64,000 nt of DNA, taken from assembly GCF_963921235.1 (NCBI RefSeq), contig NC_086097.1, positions 195,984,001 through 196,048,000 on the forward strand. Direction: 5' to 3'. Shown here in pieces: positions 37,430 through 64,000 of this stretch. The translations under genes were made by a program, and so were the position numbers. The stretch is from Mobula hypostoma (taxonomy: Eukaryota). The stretch's first letter is position 1, and each line of letters starts with the position of its first letter. The notes beneath the pieces were generated by a model, which searched no databases, was not told the DNA's origin, and saw nothing but the letters and a program-made list of their open reading frames with translations.

Positions 37430-40010
37430 GAGCCATCAAACATACCTTGTATAACCCCTTTATTTCTGGAATCATCCTTGCAAACCGCCTCTGGACCCTC
37501 TCCAATGCCAGCACATTTTTTCTGAGATGAGACCAAAATTCTTCACAATACTCAAGGTGTGCCTTTCCTCACCACCAACTAAACCTGCAGGTTAACCTTT
37601 AGGGTGTTCTGCACAAGGACTCCCAAGTTCCTTTGCATCTCAGATTTTTGGATTTTGTTCCCATTTAGAAAATAGTTTACAGATTTATTTCTGCTATCAA
37701 AGTGCATGGCCATGCTTTTCCCAACTTGTACTTCATTTGCCACTTTCTTGTCCATTGTCCTAATCTGTCTAAGTCCTTCTGCAGCCTTCCTGTTTCCTCA
37801 ACACTACCTGTCACTCCACTAATCTTCATATCATCTGCAAACTTGGCAACAAAGCCATCTATTCCATCATCTAAATCATTGATATACAGTATAAAAAGAA
37901 GCAGTCCCAACACCAACCCCTGCAGAACACCACTAGTCACTGGCAGCCAACCAGACAAGGATCCTTTTATTCCCACTCACTGCCTCCTATCAATCACCCA
38001 GCACTATAACCATGTTAGTAACTTTTCTGTAATACCATGAGCTCTAAACTTGTCAAAGGCCTTCTAAAATTCCAAATATACAACATCCACTTCATCCCCT
38101 TTATCTATCCTACATGTAATCTCCTCAAATAATTCCAACAGATTCGTCAGGCAAGATTTTCTCTGAAGGAAACCGTGCTGACTTTGTCCTATCTTGTCTT
38201 GTGTCACTAAGTACTCCATAACCTCATCCTTGACAATTGACTCCAACATCTTCCCAACCACTGAGATCAGGATAACTGGTCTATAATTTCCTTTCTATTG
38301 CCTTCCTCCTTTCTTAAAGAGTGGAGTGACATTTGCAATTTTCCAGTCATCTCGCACCATGCCAGAATTCAATGATTTTTGAAAGATCATTGCTAATGTC
38401 TCCACAATTCCTAACACAACTCTTTCAGAACCCTAGGGTGCAATTCATCTGGTCTGGGTGACTTATGTACCCTTAAGTCTTTTAGCTTTTGAGCACCACC
38501 TCCCTTGTAATAGTAACTGCACCCACTTCTCTTCCTTCACACACTACAACATCTGGCACCCTGCTATTGTCTTCCACAGTGAAGACTGATGCAAAATACT
38601 CATTTAGTTCATCTGCTATCTCCTCATCCCCCATTATTCTTTCTCTGGCCTCATTTTCTAGCAGTCCAATATCCACTCTCATGTCTCTTTTATTTTTTAC
38701 ATACTTAAAACAGCTTTTACTATCCACTTTGATATTGTTAGCTGGGTTTCATATTTCATCATTTCCCTTCTAATGGTTCTTTTAGTTGCTGTCTGTAGAT
38801 TTTTAAAAACTTCCCTATCCTCTATCTTCCTGCTAATTTTTTGCTTTATTGTATGCCCGCTCTTTTGTTTTTACGTTCGCTTTGACTTACCTTGTAAGCC
38901 ACAGTTGTACTATTTTGCCATTTGAGTATTTCTTCATTTTTGGAATACCTCTGTCCTGCACATTCCTTATTTTTCCCAGAAACTCACACCGTTGTTGCTC
39001 TGCTGTCATCCCTGCCAACATCTTCCAATTTACTTTGGCCAACTCCTCTCTCATAACACTAATTTCCTTTACTCAGAATCAGAATCAGGTTTATTATCAC
39101 TGATATGTGTCATGAAACACTGAAGTACTGCTACAGCAGACTTTACTTTCTCTCTATCAAATTTCAATCATATTGTGATCACTGGCTCCTAAGGGCTCTT
39201 TTACCTTAAGCTCCCTAATCCACTGGTCCATTACATAACACCCAATCCAGTATAGCTGGTCTCCTAGTAGGCTCAATGACAAACTGCTTTAAAAAGCCAT
39301 CTTATAGGCAGTCAACAGACTCACTCTCATGAGATCCATGACCATCATAACAGTGCCCTTCTGGTGCACCTTTTCTATTTTCTGTTGTAATCTGTGGCCC
39401 ACATCCCAACTACCATTGAGAGACCTGTATGTAGCTGCCATCAGGGTCCTTTTGCCCTTGCGGTTTCTTAACTCAATCCACAAGGATTCAACATCTTCTC
39501 ATCCTATGTTACATCTATCTATTGATTTGATGCCATTCTTTACCAGCAGAGCCACGCCAGCCCATCTGCCTACCTACCTATCACTCCAATACATCTTGTA
39601 ACCTTGGACATTCAGCTCCCAGCTACAACCGTCCTTCAGCCATGATCCGGTGATCGTCACATCATCATACCTGACAATCTGTGATAGTGCAACAAGATCA
39701 TCCACCTTATCTTATACTCTATGCATTGATATATAACACTTTGAGTACTGTATGTGCTACCCTTTTTGATTTTGCATCCCTAATGCACTGATACTCACCA
39801 CACTGGCCGCAATTTCGTCCTATCATCTTGTCTGCCCTTCCTGACAGTCTGACTGCACACTACCTTTATTTTTTTTAACCATCCATTTTATCCTGTGTCG
39901 CTTCATCCTGGTTCCCACCCTGCTGCCAAATTTGTTTTAAAGCCTTCCCAACAGCTCTAACAAACTTGTCTGCGAGAATATTGTCTCCTCTCAGGTTCAG
40001 GTCCAACCCT
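37430..40010 (-). mobile_element. Decayed CR1 LINE (APE-RT)
   Basis: WIELRNRKGKRTL, GQSQHGFLQRKSCLTNLLE, FVAKFADDMK fragments. Confidence 0.85.
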
Positions 40011-42175
40011 CTCCAGTTTCAGCACATTCTTTCTCAGATAAGAGGCCCAAGACTATTCGCAATACTCCAAGTGAGTCCTCGCCAGAGCTTTATAAAGTCC
40101 TAGCATTACATCCTTGCTTTATGTTCTACTCCTCTTGAAGTTAATGCTAACATTGCATTTGCCTTACTCACCAAAGACTCATTCTGCAAGTTAACCTCTA
40201 AGGAATCCTGCACAAGGACTCCCAAGTCTCTTTGCGCTTCATGTTTTTGTATCTTCTCTCCATTGAGAAAATAGTCAACCCTCTCATTTCTTCTACCAAA
40301 GTGCGTGACCATGTACTTCCCAACATTGTATTCCATCTGCCACTTCTTTGCCCATTCTCCTAATCTGTCTAAATCCTTCTGTAGCCTCTCTACTTCCTCA
40401 GAACTACCTGTTTTTACACCTATCTTTGTATTGTCTACAACCTTTGCAAAGCCATCAATTCTATCATCCAAATTATTGACACATAACATAAAAAGAATCG
40501 GTCCCAACGCAGACCCTGTGGAAAATTATTAGTCACCGGCAGCCAACCAGAAAAGGCTCCCATTATTCCCTCTCTTTGCCTCCTGCCAATCAGCCACTAC
40601 TTTATCAATGCTAGAATCCTTCCCTTAATACCATGGGCTCATAGCTTGTTAAGCAGTCTCATGTGGCACCTTGTCAAAGACCTTCTGAAAATCCAAGTAC
40701 ACAATATCAACAGATTGTTCTTTGTTTGTCCTGCTTGTAATTTCTTCAAAGAATTGTCAGGCAAGATTTTACTTTGAGGAAACAATGCTGACTATGGCTT
40801 ATTTTATCATATGCCTCCAAGTAAACTGAAACAACATCTTTAACAATCGACTCCATGCTCCCAACCACTGAGGTCAGACTAACTGGCCTATTCACAATAT
40901 TCCAAGTATTTCCTTTCTTTTACCTCTCTCTCTTGATGAGTGGAGTGACATTTGCAATTTTTCAGTCTTTCGGAACCATTCCAGAATCTAGTGATTCTTG
41001 AAAGATCATTACTAATGCCTCAACAATCCTTTCAACCACCTCTTGGGGTGGACACAATCTGGTCCAGGTGACTTACCTACCTTCAGACCTTTCAGTTTCC
41101 CAAGAACATTCTCCTTGGTAGTGGTAACTTCACACACTTCATGACCCTCGACACTTGGATGTTCTACGAGTCTGTGGTGGCCAGTGCTATCATGTTTGCT
41201 GTTGTGTGCTGGGGCAGCAGGCTGAGGGTAGCAGACACCAACAGAATCAACAAACTCATTCATAAGGCCAGTGATGTTGTGGGGATGGAACTGGACTCTC
41301 TGATGGTGGTGTCTGAAAAGAGGATGCTGTCCAAGTTGCATGCCATCTTGGACAATGTCTCCCATCCACTACATAATGTACTGGGTGGGCACAGGAGTAC
41401 ATTCAGCCAGAGACTCATTCCACCAAGATGCAACACAGAGCGTCATAGGAAGTCATTCCTGCCTGTGGCCATCAAACTTCACAACTCCTCCCTTGGAGGG
41501 TCAGACACCCTGAGCCAATAGGCTGGTCCTGGACATATTTCCTGGCATAATTTACATATTACTATTTATGGTTTTATTACTATTTAATTATTTATGGTGC
41601 AACTGTAACAAAAACCAATTTCCCCCGGGATCAATAGAGTATGACTTTGACTATGAACTTCCACTATAGTGTCTTCCACAGTGAAGACTGATGCTAAATA
41701 CTTAGTCAGTTCATCCACCATTTCCTTGTCCCCCATTACTACCTCTCCATCATTTTCCAGAGATCCAATATCCCACTTATACTATGTATCTGAAGAAACT
41801 TTTAGTATCCTCTTTAATATTAGCTAGCTTACTTTTGTATTCCATCTTTTCCTTAATTTTTTTTTGTTGCCTTCTGTTGGTTTTTAAGTTTGCCTCAAAT
41901 TTTTTGCTCTATTATATGCACTCTCTGGCTTTTATGTTGGCTTTGACTTCTCATTAGCCACAGTAGTGTCAGCTTGCCTTTAGAATACTTCTTCGTCTTA
42001 GCTATGTATATATCCTATGCCTTCCAAACTGCTTCCAGAAATTTCAGCCATTGCTGCTCTGCCGTCATCTCTGCCAGTATGTATTCTTTTCCAATCAATT
42101 CTGGCTAACTCCTGTCATGCCTCTGTAATTCCCATTACTCCACTGTAATACTGATGCGTCTGATTTTAGCTTCTA
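40010..42175 (-). mobile_element. Decayed CR1 LINE interrupted by a Rex/Babar insertion
   Basis: LQKDLDRLGEWAKKWQMEYNVGK; KLKGLKVGKSPGPD. Confidence 0.85.
41150..41656 (+). mobile_element. Rex/Babar-type LINE 3' fragment
   Basis: MFYESVVASAIMFAVVCWGS...HPLHNVL...RHRKSFLPVAIKLHNSS; GACTAT-type tail. Confidence 0.8.
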
Positions 42176-42349
42176 ATATTGATACATGTCTTTAGCCTCT
42201 AAACAGTTAAACCTTAAACTGTTGTTATTATTTGTATTCCAAAACATTTTCAGTGAATTAAATATTTTAAAATATGATTGCTACAGTGAATTACATAATA
42301 AGCTTTGGGATAATTGAGTGGAAGATAAAATGTTGGTTATTTCTTGCCG

Positions 42350-42720
42350 ATGTGTTGAAAGACTCTGAGATCAAATCCCACCCACTCCAGAGATTTGAAC
42401 ACAATCTAGGTTGACACAGAAGTGCTGCAGTGCAAGAGTATTTAAAAGGAGATATTAAACTTATGTCTGTCTCTTATTAGGTGGTCTTGTAGAAGAAATC
42501 ATGGCACCGTTTTGAAGAACCAAGTTGTCCCCATTGCATTGGTCAGCATTTATCCCTCGTTCATTGTCATAAATACAAACTACTTATTTATCATTTTACT
42601 CTTTGTGGGATTTTGCTGTATGTGGACATATTATGACAGTGACGTTATGACAGTGCATTGGGGCAATCCAAGGGTATGGAGCTTTGTAGAAGTACAACTC
42701 TTTATTACGTTTATCAAGTG
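42350..42720 (+). mobile_element. Decayed Deu-domain SINE
   Basis: CCCACTCCAGAGATTTGAACAC...ATCATGGCACCGTTTTGAAGAA...GGTCAGCATTTATCCCTC resembles the DeuSINE (SacSINE1/AmnSINE1) central domain as I recall it. Confidence 0.5.
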
Positions 42721-45343
42721 ATGAACAATGATTATGCTGCTGTACTGTAATATGACTATAAATGCATTTCAAAATAAATAGTATAGGAGCCTCATCTAAC
42801 TATCTATTTCTGACATTAATGATAAAACTGAACTCACAGGTAGTTAAATTGTATGTTTTATCCCTAATGCCCCAAGCGATATTTGGAAATCCAGTCTCCT
42901 AATTGTTCAGAGTTTTTTTCAAAAACAAAATAGTACACAATGACATCTGTGACTGCCTTCAAATGCATTAGACAAACTGTAATCAGATTATAGTTAACAT
43001 CCTTTATAACTATTAACATCGCATTTGAGTATTATGCAGATACTTGACAGCTGTAGTTTCCAGTCACGTTTATATGTATGAACTGGTATAAGTTTGCTAG
43101 TCCCAAGGGCTCCCTATGACAAAATATGAAAATTAAAACAGCAGCAAGGATTCATGTGTTGTTACTAGTGGATAGTCTTTCTTCAATTAATTTAAATAAT
43201 TTTGAAAAATGTTTACTTTTTGAGAATCTCTTCTACCCTCCAGCACTGTCTACACCAGGTGGTAATGATGACCAAATCTGCTAATTTAAAGCAGATGATA
43301 GTTGCACATAAAGCAGCTCAAATTCAAAGCAGTATTACTGACATTTATTTTTTCATCTGCAATTGTCACTGAAATGATGCACTCACAGTCAAAAAGTATG
43401 CTTGAAAAGGGACCAGTTGGGAACGGCCTTTGTTTGCACTGGGATCATTCTACTTGATCTGTAAGCCATTAATTACAATACAAGGTAATATAGGCTGAGA
43501 GTCAGGAAACTAGATAAACACTATGGACTGAATGAGTTGTAAATCTTGTGAGATGGAAATGGAATAACACAATAATGATTGGTGTTTGTGTGCTTTTGGT
43601 CGTGCCTCAACTACCCATAGTACCAACTGGAAAGTTTGACAACTGCAACCCTTAATTAGGAATTGAAAAGCATTACCAAGCATCCAATGTAGTTTTAATT
43701 ACTGAAACTGCCCATTGTAAATGTGAAGTTAGAAAATGGCTCAAAAATGTTACTTCTCATTTATCATCTGCAAAGTGATGGAAAGGTACATATACAAAAA
43801 TGTGAGGCATTGCAGATTTACCTCTCTACTAAGTGGTTCTGAACTGCTAGCATGCAGTAGGCAAAGACTGACAACACCACACCAGTCATATTTCATATGT
43901 AACACACATTATCAAACATCACATGATTCTTTTCAGATTTAAACCATTTCAGAAAAACTTTACTTCAGAATAGATATATGCAGCTGCAAGACCTGAGTTA
44001 AATTGGAATGCTCAATGTGAAAATCACTAAAATGGTTTCTTGTTTGCATAATTATTTATATGCAGCAACTGACTAATTTCTGCTGTTGTGATTCCTGAAA
44101 GTAATGGGAAGAGATTTGATTTTAGTCATCTTCTGAGGTCTCCAATTTCAACAGTGATCGAGACACCTAAGTATACTTTTAAAATTGGCATTTCTAGACA
44201 TAATAACTAGATGCGTGTAGAAATAACAGCAATGTGTTGATATTAACAAAATCAGATACTTGTAATCAAAGTTCAACAAGCCAAACAAGTTAGAAATTTA
44301 AACTGCATGATACTGCATACTCTGGCTGTCTGGAGGCAAGCTATCCTTGCCGTTCAAGATGTTGGTGAGTCTTTGTTTCTGCTCATTTTACAGCACAGAA
44401 AATCCCATTGTGAAGGGATACGAATGAGGCAAGCAACAGTGCACCTTAACCAAAGTTGGTGATTGTGCAGCAGGCTCCAACCTGCCCTGTTCCAACAGTG
44501 TGCTGAGGAGCACAACCAGGATGAATGGAATGCTGTAGAAACATGGTTCTCTGTGAGTGGTTAACTAATTTTCTATATGCGATTTAACTTCATGCACCAA
44601 TAGTCAGCCATACTGTGTATACCAAATGTCTGGAGGTCATTAACAAATCTTGAGAGAAAACTAATGTTCCCCCAGAATAGGTAGTGAATATATTGATATT
44701 TTTGACTAGATGTGCAGAGGACAATTTCAATATCAGAAAACAGAAAAATAATAATAGGCATACACAGCAAATGGATTTTTATGTATGTTAAGGTTTCTAA
44801 GGATAGAATATACATTTCCAAAAGAGCAATGAAAAAAATCTAAGTGTATATATGATTTTAAAATATAAATATTTGAAGAGGTTCCTACAAGTTTAATGAA
44901 CTTCTTGTACAACACACACTAGTTCACAACCAGTCCTTAAGCACTATTTCTACTCAGCTTTTTGGAAGAATGTGAACACTTAAAGGATTCAGACACTATT
45001 AATCCAGTTTGAAAGGCTTTGCCATATAGGGAAAAGCTGGAGTTGCTCAAAAAGCAGAGACATATGAAGCAAGATGCAATAAGGAAGATTCAGAGTAATG
45101 CAAGAGTAAATGAAGAGAAACTGTTTGCGATGCTGCAAACCAAGATTGATATATTTAAAAGGTGACTGGCAAAAAAACAAAGACAACACCAGAAAGATAA
45201 ACCTTCATGATTAGAAATGTATTAGATGTGTGGAGAGGGGTTAAGCAATGAAAGTGGAATGGAATTGGCAAAAGAAGAGCAGGCCAAATGACATTATTCT
45301 ACAAATCTGCAGCTCTCCTCGCAAGATCAAAGGAATAAGCTCT

Positions 45344-45359
45344 TTTATTATAATTTATT
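45344..45359 (-). terminator. Tandem AATAAA poly(A) signals, candidate TYMS 3' end
   Basis: TTTATT on + at 45344-45349 and 45354-45359, about 70-85 nt past the TYMS stop. Confidence 0.55.
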
Positions 45360-45427
45360 AGTAAGAACTAACAGTATAATATGTTTTCTTCCCCCTGCCA
45401 CCCTCCATCACCAATGATCTTTTGTTA

Positions 45428-63134
<17,707 letters not shown>

Positions 63135-64000
63135 CTAAAAAAGGAAATAAAGTGTCAAGGGAGTAAAACAAGGGATTAATTACATACTTACATTATCTTC
63201 TCACATTTTTCCAAGTGGCCATTTTGCAATTTTAACCCCCTAAATGATCAAATATTACACAATATTTAAAAGTTAGAACTATTAAGCCACTCCAGATCAT
63301 GTTTTGATTTGACTAGACAATACAAACACATTTTTTCAAAGGGGATCACTGGTAGCTGATCAGCAGGGTCCTACTCCCTCTGTATTTCCAAGTCTATTTC
63401 CTTTCTGTTCCAGTGTTCATTAGAATACTGTTGCAGTTATCTGAAATAGTATAGTAGTTAATGCACTAGATAGGTAGCAAGATCCCATGTTCATTTCTCA
63501 ATTTTAAGATTCTGGCTTAATGAGCATGTGACTTTCCTTAATGTTCTTGATGGTCAGATGCCAGAATTTTGGCTCATATATGAGCAATGAACACCCGAGG
63601 GACCAAGGATAAACAAACACTCAAAGGGGCACTAGAGGTCTTTATATTTTAGATAAGGGCCATCTTCTGGGCTTATTTCCCCACCATCCTTGGTTAGCAA
63701 TTCATCATACTTTAGGACACACCTTACCAACTACCTGTGATCTCTACTTTGCCAGTGAATGAAGCACTTTATTATTTCCCTTGCATACAAACAAGGAAGT
63801 GTGATATCTAAGAAAATGTCTCATTTCCCACTCTCCACTCAGTTGGCCTTTATTGTCTTCTCCCTCTATAATGCGACTTTTCTGCATTGAATTTAATTCC
63901 ATCTTAATTTATTCTTTTACCATATAAAATTCAAACATGATTTTCTGAATCATCCTATTAGCCAAACCTTCTGACATTTTTGTGAATTATGTAATAAAAA

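Noticed and set aside
43415..43450. VGNGLCLHWDH loosely resembles ENOSF1 GGVGLCELVQH
   Set aside because: Only about 5 identities, with no exon context.

Overview
Vertebrate genomic DNA, most likely an elasmobranch (ray/shark; inferred from the repeat content). It holds two convergent, partial protein-coding genes. On + are the last nine coding exons of the Src-family kinase YES1 (SH3 C-term, SH2, kinase; 1070-25540). On - are the last five coding exons of thymidylate synthase TYMS (63134-45428). All exons have GT-AG boundaries and the exon sizes typical of these genes. No ENOSF1 exons, which lie between these genes in human, are recognisable in the ~20 kb gap. The rest is dense with transposable elements: many CR1 LINEs (one young, with an 838-aa ORF2), RTE and Rex/Babar LINEs, Penelope-like elements that form fold-back inserts and carry minimal hammerhead-ribozyme motifs, hAT elements with clean 8-bp TSDs (some nested), a decayed Tc1, a Chapaev-like transposase remnant, a solo LTR and SINEs. 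I see no wholly new coding system. The most interesting signals are RNA-structural: hammerhead motifs, a palindrome centred exactly on the predicted cleavage site, and a near-identical inverted CR1 pair bracketing TYMS exon 6. Repeat family names come from motif recognition, not database searches, and edges of old repeats are approximate.
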